A stretch of DNA of 44,285 nt from a bacterium (GCA_043812655.1 JBDRLW010000024.1:1-44285), one strand, 5' to 3'. Shown: positions 26,887-35,554, numbered from the stretch's first letter. Program-made: numbers and translations. Notes: a model not told the origin generated them from the letters alone.

Positions 26887-29787
26887 TCATATCGCATGAG
26901 GACAAAGTTCCCGGTAAGCGCAATAGCCGCAAATAATAAAGCTTGGGGTTGCCTTGAAATCAGCCGACCTGATTCCGTCCGCCACTTCCTTTATTTCATC
27001 CCAAGTTTTTTTCAGCTCCGCTTGAGTTCGCACAGTTTTACCAACCAATCCATATTCCAGGAAATTCAATTCCAACGCTTCCGGCAAATGGCCAAACATC
27101 TTTTGCCAAGCTAAAGCATAAATCGAAAGCTGTAAATTATTTTTAACTTTTTTATCGGCCGCTTCTTGAGTTTTTACCTCCGATGATTTGAAATCTACTA
27201 TGATGACCCTACCCCCTAGCCCCTTACCCCTACCCCCTTCTTCTTCCACTAAGTCCCATCTTCCTCTCACTCTGATGTTATCAGCTAAAATCGTAAATTC
27301 TTCTTCGACAAATTTAGGGGTCCGGAGACTTTTCCTCTGCGTCTTATAAAACCGCTTCAAGGCTTCCCGTCCATTTTTAAATCGGACTTCTTCATGCTGG
27401 CGGGAAATAAAGCCTTCGGCCGACCAGGCATGCTCAAAGGTTTGTAACAATTCTTTTTCGCTGAACTTTTGGCCGTTCTTCTTGGCGGTAAAATAAGCTT
27501 GGACCGCTTTGTGGAGGGCCGAGCCATAAATGATCTGATGATTAGGAAGAAGCGGTACTCTTGAGACATGGACATATTTATATTTGAGTGGACAAGTTAG
27601 ATAATCATCTATCTGATAATGTGAAAGTTGAAGTATTTCCTTCTCCCCCATTACCCGTATCCCATTACCCATTACTTCCCTGTCTTCAACTGGCGCGAAC
27701 AGTTCGATCTGGTCTATCGCCGGCTTTTTCACAACTGATATATCGGCTTTGGGCAAATCGAGCGCTTCTAAAACAAATTGGGAGACTTTCCGGTCCCGCT
27801 TCCCCCCATAATTCAACGCCGAAGTAAAATATAATTCTTGTTTCGCCCGCGTCATGCCGACATAAAATAAACGCCGCTCTTCCATCAGATGGAAATCGCC
27901 GACCGGGACATCTTCTTTGATCAACTCATCAGGCAACTCGATCGGTTGTTTCCTTGTCCGGACAGGAAATTTGTCCGCTACCAGACAAACCATAAAGACA
28001 ACCGAAAATTCCAGCCCTTTAGCCTTATGAATAGTTAAAACGCTGACCGCGTCGGCATCAACATCGGGCCTGGCTGATTCCGGATCATCCCCTGCCTCTT
28101 TTAAAATATTCAAGTACTTAACAAACTCATGAACTCGATCAACTTCGGCCACCTCTTTAAACTCCCGTACCTTTTCAAAAAACTGGGCAATATTCCTGAT
28201 CCGCTTATCATTTTCTTCTTTGGTCAGTTTGGCCAGATAACCCGAACGTTTTAAGAATTCATATAGAACTTCCCCAGTCGTTTTTTCTTTGGCATGATCT
28301 AAATAATAATGGATATCATCCATGACTTTTTTAACTTTGCCAGGGCTCTCTTCTTTTAGGTCGCTTAATAATTCATACTCCGATAAATGGGTGAATACAT
28401 GGTGAAGCGTCAAATTCCGCCGGCTGGCAAACGTATTCATCTTTTGCAGGTCGAGCGGATTAAGTTGATAAAGTTCCGACAACGCTAGCGTATAAAGCGA
28501 GACCGAATCAGCCAGGTCACCAAGAACTCGAAGGAACGAAACAAGCAGTCTGATCTCCGGATAGACATATAAACCACCACCACCCGAGAACTGGTGGGGA
28601 ATGCCCAGCATGTTGAGGGACTGGCGGAAAAGTTCGGCGTCGTTATTCGATCTGACCAAGATCGCAAAATCTTTAAATTTATATTCCCCATTATCGTATT
28701 TTTCTTTTATTGTATTGGCCACCCAATCAGCTTCGGATGAGCTTCGATCAAAGTGTTTGTGGATCGGAACCGCGACTTTAGTCGCAGGTTCCGCGCAAGA
28801 AACCAATCTTTTATCGATCCCCGCCTTAACTTCGAGCCGTTCCGGGTTATTATGCTTGATCAAGCGATGAGAAGTATCTAAAATAATTTGCGTCGAGCGA
28901 TAATTCCGAGTTAAAACGACTTTCTTGGTTTTTTTGTAAGTTTTTTCAAAACCTAAGATATTAGAGATCGCCGCGCCGCGAAATTTATAGATCGATTGAT
29001 CATCGTCCCCTACGACGGTAATATTCGCTTTCTTGCCGGCCAATAATTTTAGTAATTCAAATTGGGCGTAATTAGTGTCTTGGAATTCATCGACCAATAT
29101 ATATTTGTAGCGCTCCTGGAATTGCTTAAGTATGGCGGGATGTTCACGGAATAATTTAAGCGTTAGATTGACCTGATCCCCAAAATCGACCAATCCCTTC
29201 TCCGCCTTCAGTTCCTGGTACTTTTTGTAAACCTTCCCAACTTCAATCTGTTTTGCCCTTTCTTCTTGACCCTTGACCCTGGACTCTGGACCCTGGACCC
29301 ATTCTTCCACCCCCACATCCTCATCCTTCGCCCGCGATATCACGCCGATCAATGCCTCAATATGTTTGGTCGGATCGCCAAGGGAGCGATAATGTTTAAG
29401 CGGAAAATCAAAAAGATGTTCACTGAAGAAGATGATCTGTTCGGGGAGAGAAAGGACCCGATAGTCTGGTCGAAGCCCTAGATCGATCGCGTGGTCGCGC
29501 AAAACCCGGTCGCCAAAAGCGTGGAACGTGGAGATCGAGACATCAATGTAACCATATGGGACTAACAGGTCGACCCGCCCTTCCATTTCATCTGCCGCTT
29601 TATCGGTAAAGGTTAAGGCCAGAATTTCTCCCGGCTTGGCTAGCTTTTCGGCGATCAGCCAAGCGATCCGGCGGGTGATGACTGAAGTTTTACCAGTCCC
29701 CGCCCCAGCAATGACCAATAACGGACCATTTTTATGGGTAACAGCCGCAAGTTGTTCTGGATTTAAATCTTGCAAAGCTAGTGACAT
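26887..29787 (-). CDS. UvrD/PcrA-like helicase fused to a C-terminal PD-(D/E)xK nuclease (AdnA/AdnB-like)
   Basis: AGAGTGKT, TFT, VDEFQD, GDDDQSIY, NYRS, TIHKAKGLEF, EERRLFYVGMTRA; nuclease motifs GRWD, VDFK, QLSIY; Cys set CP...CGYC...C. Confidence 0.92.
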   Translation of the reverse strand: MSLALQDLNPEQLAAVTHKNGPLLVIAGAGTGKTSVITRRIAWLIAEKLAKPGEILALTFTDKAADEMEGRVDLLVPYGYIDVSISTFHAFGDRVLRDHAIDLGLRPDYRVLSLPEQIIFFSEHLFDFPLKHYRSLGDPTKHIEALIGVISRAKDEDVGVEEWVQGPESRVKGQEERAKQIEVGKVYKKYQELKAEKGLVDFGDQVNLTLKLFREHPAILKQFQERYKYILVDEFQDTNYAQFELLKLLAGKKANITVVGDDDQSIYKFRGAAISNILGFEKTYKKTKKVVLTRNYRSTQIILDTSHRLIKHNNPERLEVKAGIDKRLVSCAEPATKVAVPIHKHFDRSSSEADWVANTIKEKYDNGEYKFKDFAILVRSNNDAELFRQSLNMLGIPHQFSGGGGLYVYPEIRLLVSFLRVLGDLADSVSLYTLALSELYQLNPLDLQKMNTFASRRNLTLHHVFTHLSEYELLSDLKEESPGKVKKVMDDIHYYLDHAKEKTTGEVLYEFLKRSGYLAKLTKEENDKRIRNIAQFFEKVREFKEVAEVDRVHEFVKYLNILKEAGDDPESARPDVDADAVSVLTIHKAKGLEFSVVFMVCLVADKFPVRTRKQPIELPDELIKEDVPVGDFHLMEERRLFYVGMTRAKQELYFTSALNYGGKRDRKVSQFVLEALDLPKADISVVKKPAIDQIELFAPVEDREVMGNGIRVMGEKEILQLSHYQIDDYLTCPLKYKYVHVSRVPLLPNHQIIYGSALHKAVQAYFTAKKNGQKFSEKELLQTFEHAWSAEGFISRQHEEVRFKNGREALKRFYKTQRKSLRTPKFVEEEFTILADNIRVRGRWDLVEEEGGRGKGLGGRVIIVDFKSSEVKTQEAADKKVKNNLQLSIYALAWQKMFGHLPEALELNFLEYGLVGKTVRTQAELKKTWDEIKEVADGIRSADFKATPSFIICGYCAYRELCPHAI
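27207..27237. repeat. In-frame heptamer tandem repeat in the helicase-nuclease gene
   Basis: CCCTACC CCCTAGC CCCTTAC CCCTACC; encodes GGRGKGLGGR. Confidence 0.7.
27647..27674. repeat. In-frame heptamer tandem repeat in the helicase-nuclease gene
   Basis: CCCATTA CCCGTAT CCCATTA CCCATTA; encodes VMGNGIRVMG. Confidence 0.7.
29265..29300. repeat. In-frame heptamer tandem repeat in the helicase-nuclease gene
   Basis: CTTGACC CTTGACC CTGGACT CTGGACC CTGGACC; encodes VQGPESRVKGQE. Confidence 0.75.
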
Positions 29788-29853
29788 TTATTTATGATTA
29801 TACTATACTTGTTTGATCGTTAGTTCATGATTTCTATTAAGGAGGAAAAAGAA

Positions 29854-30285
29854 ATGAGCAATGGAGTTGGCGGAATCAGGCCGGGATCAGGCTCAACCAG
29901 CAAGGCTTCAGAAACATCGCCCCCTGAAACAGAGGAATTAATGACTTTTTCGAAAGGTAATATTTGGGTGGATCCTAAAATTAATGCTTCCTTGCTCAGT
30001 GAAACGATTGGGAAATTAATCGACCAAAAACTTATTAGCATAATGGGGCAAGAAGCAGGCGCAGCCGCTAACGATCCTCAATTGATCGATTCTTTCTTGC
30101 GTGCTTGCCAAGGCTCAGTTAATACTGCTCGAGGATCTTATAACACTAAGAAATTCCCTATCGATACTGCCGCGTCTTTGGCTAATGTACGAGTAAAAGT
30201 TCATAATCGACACACCCTGAGAACCAGGTTGATTGAATTGACCACCCCTAAAAGCCTGGCAGATGAACTTGAAGAGATGAGATAA
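29854..30285 (+). CDS. Hypothetical protein with a Ser/Gly/Pro/Thr-rich N-terminus
   Basis: Strong SD (AAGGAGG) before ATG 29854; MSNGVGGIRPGSGSTSKASETSPP. Confidence 0.7.
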   Translation: MSNGVGGIRPGSGSTSKASETSPPETEELMTFSKGNIWVDPKINASLLSETIGKLIDQKLISIMGQEAGAAANDPQLIDSFLRACQGSVNTARGSYNTKKFPIDTAASLANVRVKVHNRHTLRTRLIELTTPKSLADELEEMR

Positions 30286-30364
30286 TCGGCAAAGATAGAT
30301 CGGTAATCGCGAATTATTTTATAATCACCCGGTCAATCCCGTAGTTTTCATTTTTTTACCTTTA

Positions 30365-30391
30365 CCAATTTCACCTGAAATTATTCGATAT
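30365..30391 (+). promoter_or_regulatory. Putative sigma-28-type promoter
   Basis: CCAA-N15-TTCGATAT; weak -35. Confidence 0.4.
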
Positions 30392-30411
30392 TAGTATAGA
30401 TACCTACTTAT

Positions 30412-31179
30412 ATGAATAATGTGAACTTGAGCTGTCCGGTTATCTTATCCGGCGGGGCGACAAAGACTAATATTTACTATAACCACGATATTCCAGAAAA
30501 TAAAGAAGTTTTCCCGGGGATTACCTATTCCTGCATTGGAACCAAAAGCCCTATTTTGTTTTTTGAAATTGACCCAAACAGAGCTGATATTGATCTAATT
30601 GCGGAAAAACTTCCACCTAATGAATATAAAGAGGCTTATAAACCTTTACTTATGACTAATGGCGGTTATTTTGAGCGCGATTACTCCCCTGCGGGGCTAG
30701 TAATGCTAAAAGGAAAAGTACTTTCACCGCTAAAAGAAAAACTTTCTGCTGTTTTATTAAAAAAAGATAACAATTATAGGATCGATTTCTTAAAAAATGT
30801 CTCCCCGGAAGAAATGGCAAAGGCTGATCTTGTACTGCAAGCTGGGCCGTTATTAATTGAGCCCGGCAGAAAGAAAGGAATAAGATCGGCAAACGACCGA
30901 TCAAAAGAAGCGATCGCTTCCAGGACCGCGATCGGTCTAACAAAACAAGGAAAGATTTTATTGATCTCATCCCCCAAACCAATTCGTCTTTTTGACCTAA
31001 TGAATTTGGTCCTAAAACATAATAAAGATATTGATGTGTTAATGAATCTTGATGGCGGCCCTTCGACCATGCTTAGCTTTGACTGCCCCAAATGTACTCC
31101 GCCAATAAACCTAAAATACACACCCCACCCTAACCTTGGTTTCTACCCAAATGTCATCGTTGTAAACCCCATAAAATAG
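30412..31179 (+). CDS. Phosphodiester glycosidase (NAGPA) family protein
   Basis: TNGGYF, PAGL, QAGPLLI, SRTAIG, MNLDGGPST. Confidence 0.88.
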   Translation: MNNVNLSCPVILSGGATKTNIYYNHDIPENKEVFPGITYSCIGTKSPILFFEIDPNRADIDLIAEKLPPNEYKEAYKPLLMTNGGYFERDYSPAGLVMLKGKVLSPLKEKLSAVLLKKDNNYRIDFLKNVSPEEMAKADLVLQAGPLLIEPGRKKGIRSANDRSKEAIASRTAIGLTKQGKILLISSPKPIRLFDLMNLVLKHNKDIDVLMNLDGGPSTMLSFDCPKCTPPINLKYTPHPNLGFYPNVIVVNPIK

Positions 31180-31206
31180 CAAGTTTTTAGCCATTTAACT
31201 CGATAA
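31180..31206 (+). promoter_or_regulatory. Putative sigma-28-type promoter
   Basis: CAAG-N15-CTCGATAA. Confidence 0.5.
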
Positions 31207-31215
31207 ATATATAGG

Positions 31216-32385
31216 ATGGCTATGGGGATATATCTATCATATTTTGGGGCTATTTTACCGGGAAATACAAAGGTTCCGGGGAAGACCGCTATAACAGCTG
31301 ATCCTACTTCAGCATCACAAGCTATTGAGTCCACAGAACCAGCTAAATTGGTGACTGTTGCCCAGGTTAAGCAAGCCGCTAATGAGTTTGGAGCCATATA
31401 TACAAAGTACCAGCCAAATCCTTCGGACACCCAAAAGGCCGAACTGATCTTGGTTGCGTCAAAGGTTATTAATGGCATAAGAAGGTTATATAAGCAGGAA
31501 AAAACCAGCCGGGAAGCCGAGTCAATTTTTCTAAGGCAAAAAGCCCGTTTTAATAAATTAGGTTGCTTCTATTCCCCACAGCCGTCTGTTCTTTCTAAAT
31601 TATATTTTAGCTTGTCAAATGGGGATTTTGATCATATTTTTACTCAAGCCGCAAATACATATTTCCCCACTCTTCATCGATTACAGTCACAAAATGTAAC
31701 AAGACTTATTTCGGAAAATAAGACAGCTGGTTATGAAATCGATGATATCTACGCCAATAATGAAACTATCGGAAAAGTTTTTCTTTTCTCCCCCCAGGCT
31801 ACTAAAATCAGTTTTGTTAAAGGCAGGACAGAAAAGGATCAAGGCAATATTCTTCTTTATTGCTCCGGGCCATATTTTACTGACAGGGATCACCCCGTTG
31901 GCTTTAGCGCGATAAACGGTGCCTTTGTAAATAAACTCGTAAATGATGAAATGGGGGGGCTTGTTATGATCTCCCCAGCCGGGCTAAAAATATCACCGAT
32001 CTCTGACCCTACAACAAACTTAACTTCTACCGAGGGGCTTAACCAGCTGACAAAACGGGTAAAAGCCGGGAACTTAAGTGTTTTTCAAGGACATTTATTG
32101 CTTCATCAAGGGGTAGAAATTATTTCAAATAATTCCAAGCCGTCAAGAGAATCTAGGCGGCTACTGGCTAATTTTAATGACGGACGGTTTGGGATAATCG
32201 ACATTGAAGAAAAAGTGACCCTATATGAAGCGGCGGTTTTCGCCAGAAAACTTGGCGCGACCGAAGCCGTAAATTTAGATACCGGCGGTTTTAACAAAGG
32301 CGGTTATAAAACACTTGATGGCTTTGAAAAATTAGGCAAACCAGGCGATCCCCCAGTTTTTTCTTTAGAATTTACCCAGATCTAA
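31216..32385 (+). CDS. Protein with a C-terminal divergent NAGPA-like domain and an unknown N-terminal region
   Basis: SGPYF, PVGFSAING, SRRLLA, VTLYEAA, LGATEAVNLDTGG. Confidence 0.65.
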   Translation: MAMGIYLSYFGAILPGNTKVPGKTAITADPTSASQAIESTEPAKLVTVAQVKQAANEFGAIYTKYQPNPSDTQKAELILVASKVINGIRRLYKQEKTSREAESIFLRQKARFNKLGCFYSPQPSVLSKLYFSLSNGDFDHIFTQAANTYFPTLHRLQSQNVTRLISENKTAGYEIDDIYANNETIGKVFLFSPQATKISFVKGRTEKDQGNILLYCSGPYFTDRDHPVGFSAINGAFVNKLVNDEMGGLVMISPAGLKISPISDPTTNLTSTEGLNQLTKRVKAGNLSVFQGHLLLHQGVEIISNNSKPSRESRRLLANFNDGRFGIIDIEEKVTLYEAAVFARKLGATEAVNLDTGGFNKGGYKTLDGFEKLGKPGDPPVFSLEFTQI

Positions 32386-32391
32386 AAATCG

Positions 32392-32943
32392 CTATTTAAT
32401 AATAACCCGGTCAACTCCGTCAATTTCCATCACTTCAACTTTAACTAATTCTCTTTTTGAGGTCGGAATGATCTTGCCGGTAAAATCGGGATGGATGGGG
32501 AGTTCGCGGTGGCCCCGGTCGATCAAAGCGGCTAACTGGACTTTTGCCGCCCGGCCATAATCTTTTAAGCCGTCAAGCGCTGCTCTAGCGGTGCGGCCAG
32601 CGTAAATAACGTCATCGACTAAAACCACAACTTTACCGTCAACAGTCACAGGAATATCAGATTTTCTGACTTCGATATATTCACCTTTGGAATCAAGGTC
32701 ATCGCGGTAAAGAGAGACATCAAGCGAACCGCAAGGGACCTTTTGGCCTTCCTGTGCTTCAATGATCGCGGCAATTTTCTTGGCCAGCGGCACGCCCCGC
32801 TGCATCACGCCGACTAAAACGATCCCCTCTACCCCTTTATTGGACTCAATTATCTGTTGGGCAATCCTTTTCAAGACGCGGTTCATCTCCACATCGTCCA
32901 TGATAACTTTTTGTCCCGGTTCAACTTTTATTTTTTTTGGCAT
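32392..32943 (-). CDS. pyrR: Pyrimidine operon regulator / uracil phosphoribosyltransferase PyrR
   Basis: RGVPLA, LDVSLYRDD, VLVDDVIYAGRT, DRGHRELPI; AAGGAG SD before ATG 32943. Confidence 0.95.
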   Translation of the reverse strand: MPKKIKVEPGQKVIMDDVEMNRVLKRIAQQIIESNKGVEGIVLVGVMQRGVPLAKKIAAIIEAQEGQKVPCGSLDVSLYRDDLDSKGEYIEVRKSDIPVTVDGKVVVLVDDVIYAGRTARAALDGLKDYGRAAKVQLAALIDRGHRELPIHPDFTGKIIPTSKRELVKVEVMEIDGVDRVIIK

Positions 32944-32988
32944 GTTTATCAACTCCTTTTGATGTGTTATTATAACATAGATGTTTGG

Positions 32989-33063
32989 GCGCCTATAGCT
33001 CAGCTGGATTAGAGTACTTCCCTGCGAAGGAAGGGGTCGTGCGTTCGAATCGCACTAGGCGCA
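32989..33063 (+). tRNA. tRNA-Arg(GCG)
   Basis: Acceptor stem GCGCCTA/TAGGCGC; anticodon arm CTTCC-CT[GCG]AA-GGAAG; T-loop GTTCGAATC; CCA not encoded. Confidence 0.92.
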
Positions 33064-33070
33064 TTTTTAG

Positions 33071-33155
33071 GGAGAGGTGGCCGAGCGGCTTAAGGCGTAC
33101 GCTTGGAAAGCGTATGTACCGAAAGGTACCGTGGGTTCAAATCCCACCCTCTCCG
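33071..33155 (+). tRNA. tRNA-Ser(GGA)
   Basis: GGAGAGG/CCTCTCC; TACGC-TT[GGA]AA-GCGTA; long variable arm GTACC-GAAA-GGTAC. Confidence 0.95.
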
Positions 33156-33157
33156 TT

Positions 33158-33245
33158 CTCCTTCGCCCCGCGCTTCGCTTGGGGCTTCGGAGAATAAAAA
33201 TTTGTTATGGAGGACTTGTCCTCCGTAGCACGAAGTGCGAAGGAG
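33158..33245. repeat. Inverted pair of REP-like hairpins filling the tRNA-Ser spacer
   Basis: CTCCTTCGC...GCTTCGGAG faces CTCCGTAGC...GCGAAGGAG. Confidence 0.7.
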
Positions 33246-33328
33246 GAGTGGCCGAGTGGTTGAAGGCGGACGCCTCGAAAGCGTCTTTACCAGAAATGGT
33301 AACGGGGGTTCGAATCCTCCCTCCTCCG
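33242..33328 (+). tRNA. tRNA-Ser(CGA)
   Basis: GGAGGAG 5' acceptor strand; GACGC-CT[CGA]AA-GCGTC; variable arm TTACCA-GAAA-TGGTAA; GTTCGAATC. Confidence 0.93.
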
Positions 33329-33344
33329 ATTAAATAATTGTATA

Positions 33345-33353
33345 TGCTATACT
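33345..33353 (+). promoter_or_regulatory. Extended -10 promoter, probably leaderless ROK gene
   Basis: TGcTATACT, then 7 nt, then the ATG at 33361; no SD. Confidence 0.65.
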
Positions 33354-33360
33354 ATTTATC

Positions 33361-34233
33361 ATGTTAATTGGTGTCGACTTAGGTGGAACAAAGATCAAAG
33401 CCGCGCTGGCGACGCGCGAAGGGAAGATCGTTACCGACGTTAATATCCCGACCGAAGCGATCAAAGGAAAAAAACATGTTATCAACAATGTTGTCAAGGC
33501 GATCCACACCCTCATCCGCGGCCAACGGGTAACGATCAGCAAGATCGGGATCGGCGTCCCCGGCCCGATCCTCTACGATCAAGGGCTCGTCATCGAACCA
33601 CCGAATCTTCCCGGCTGGAAAAGGGTCAATCTAAAACAGATCTTCGAAAAGAAATTCCATGTTCCCGTCTTTGTCGACAATGACGCCAATTGCGCCGCTT
33701 TAGCCGAAGCTTACTTTGGCGCGGGAAAAAAAGCCAACCATTTTATTTACATGACGATCTCCACCGGCATCGGCGGCGGGATCATTATCGACCGTAAGAT
33801 CTATCGCGGGACGATCGGCGCCGCCGGAGAATTTGGTCACATGATCATCGATTCCAAAGGTTACACCTGCGGCTGCGGCAATGTCGGCTGCCTTGAAGCT
33901 TTAGCTTCAGGGACCGCTATCAAAAAACGGTCTGGCATGGACGCGATCTCGGTTGAACTGGCCGCCCGGCAAGGCGATAAAAAAGCCCAGGAAGTGATCG
34001 CCGAAACCGCCCACTATTTGGCTATTGGGATCGCTAACCTGGTTAACATCTTTAATCCCGAAATGGTGATCTTGGGCGGCGGCGTCTCAAAAATGCGCGA
34101 ACTTCTCCTCTCTCCGATCCGCCAGGAATTCAAAAAATACGCCCTCACCCTCCCCGCCAAAAACGTCAAGATCGTCCGCGCCAAACTCGGCGGCGAATCC
34201 GGCGTCTTAGGAGCGGTCGCGCTGTGTCTGTAG
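33361..34233 (+). CDS. ROK-family sugar kinase (glucokinase-like)
   Basis: GVDLGGT, DNDANCAALAE, STGIGGG, GEFGH, CGCGNVGCLE. Confidence 0.93.
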   Translation: MLIGVDLGGTKIKAALATREGKIVTDVNIPTEAIKGKKHVINNVVKAIHTLIRGQRVTISKIGIGVPGPILYDQGLVIEPPNLPGWKRVNLKQIFEKKFHVPVFVDNDANCAALAEAYFGAGKKANHFIYMTISTGIGGGIIIDRKIYRGTIGAAGEFGHMIIDSKGYTCGCGNVGCLEALASGTAIKKRSGMDAISVELAARQGDKKAQEVIAETAHYLAIGIANLVNIFNPEMVILGGGVSKMRELLLSPIRQEFKKYALTLPAKNVKIVRAKLGGESGVLGAVALCL

Positions 34234-34847
34234 CGATCATTGATTACGGCGCGGGGAATCTGCGCAGCGTCCAAAAAGCCTTTGAAGCGGCCGGAATAAA
34301 CGCCGAGATCACCAAAGACAAAACCACGATCCATAGCGCCCAGGGCATTGTTCTACCCGGCGTCGGCTCTTTTGACGCGGCGATCTCCGAACTCCGGGCT
34401 CTCTCACTCGAAGCAGTGATCGAAGAAGTCATCGCCCTGAACAAACCATTCCTTGGTATCTGCCTTGGCCTGCAGCATCTTTTTGAATCGTCGGAAGAAG
34501 GCAAAATGAAAGGCCTTGGGGTCCTTGCCGGCAAAGTTAAACAATTCACTTTCACCAATACGCCGTGGAGCAATTTAAGCATTCCTCATATGGGGTGGAA
34601 CCGGCTTTTAATTAAAAACAAAGCTCCCATTTTTGAAGGTATTGATGAGGGGACAATGATGTATTTTGCTCACTCGTATTATGCCGTGCCAACAGACAGC
34701 CAAGTCATCGCCGCAACAACCGATTATGGGCCAGAATTTACATCTGCTATTTGGAAGAATAATCTCTTTGGCCTCCAATTCCACCCCGAGAAGAGCGGCG
34801 CCGCCGGTTTGCGTATTCTCCAGAATTTTGGTAAACTTTGTAAATGA
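34224..34847 (+). CDS. hisH: Imidazole glycerol phosphate synthase glutaminase subunit
   Basis: DYGAGN, PGVG, GICLG, PHMGWN, QFHPEKS. Confidence 0.96.
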   Translation: MSVAIIDYGAGNLRSVQKAFEAAGINAEITKDKTTIHSAQGIVLPGVGSFDAAISELRALSLEAVIEEVIALNKPFLGICLGLQHLFESSEEGKMKGLGVLAGKVKQFTFTNTPWSNLSIPHMGWNRLLIKNKAPIFEGIDEGTMMYFAHSYYAVPTDSQVIAATTDYGPEFTSAIWKNNLFGLQFHPEKSGAAGLRILQNFGKLCK

Positions 34848-35554
34848 AATTTGAAGTAATTCCCGCGATCGATATTTTGGGCGGCAATTGCGTCCGTTTA
34901 AAACAGGGACGCTACGAAGACCCCGTCATTTATTCCAAAAACCCGATCGAAATGGCCAAGAAGTGGGAAACCGAAGGTGCTCCCCGACTCCATGTTGTTG
35001 ATCTCGATGGCGCTAGGACTGGAACTCCCGCTAATATTCAAATAATCAAAGAAATAATCAAAGAATTAAAGATCCCCGTCCAGGTTGGCGGCGGGATCCG
35101 CAATCAACTCACGATCGCGGAAATGGCCACTTGCGGGGCTGACCGGATCATTTTAGGCACGACCGCAATTAAAAACCCCAATCTTCTCGCCACCATGTGC
35201 GAAAAGCATGGTGATAAGATCGCCGTGGCGATCGATGCCAAGGGAGAAGTCGCGGCGGCAGAGGGTTGGATGTACGTCACTAAAAAAAACATCACCACTT
35301 TGGCCAAAGAAGCGATCGGCTTAGGGGTGAAACGCTTTATTTACACCGAGATCAGCCGCGACGGGATGCTCGAAGGGCCCAATTTTGAAGGGATCCGCAA
35401 ATTCGCCGAAAGCGCCGGCGTCGCGATCATCGCCTCCGGCGGCGTCTCCACCAAAGAAGATATTGATAAATTAAAAACTATCCCCGACGTCGAAGGTTGT
35501 ATTGTTGGAAAAGCGATCTACGAGGGAATGCTGAAGCTGGCTGACGTTTTGTAA
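34844..35554 (+). CDS. hisA: ProFAR isomerase
   Basis: IPAIDI, VRLKQG, LHVVDLDGA, VGGGIR, DGMLEG, ASGG. Confidence 0.96.
   Translation: MKFEVIPAIDILGGNCVRLKQGRYEDPVIYSKNPIEMAKKWETEGAPRLHVVDLDGARTGTPANIQIIKEIIKELKIPVQVGGGIRNQLTIAEMATCGADRIILGTTAIKNPNLLATMCEKHGDKIAVAIDAKGEVAAAEGWMYVTKKNITTLAKEAIGLGVKRFIYTEISRDGMLEGPNFEGIRKFAESAGVAIIASGGVSTKEDIDKLKTIPDVEGCIVGKAIYEGMLKLADVL

Noticed and set aside
29790..29853. Sigma-28 motif upstream of the 29854 orphan
   Set aside because: No CGATA-like -10 with correct spacing was found.
29827..33328. Accessory genes as a tRNA-integrated island or prophage
   Set aside because: pyrR separates them from the tRNAs; no tRNA 3'-end duplication, integrase or phage genes were seen.
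32985..33337. ORFs 32985..33197 and 33077..33337
   Set aside because: They overlap three well-formed tRNA genes.
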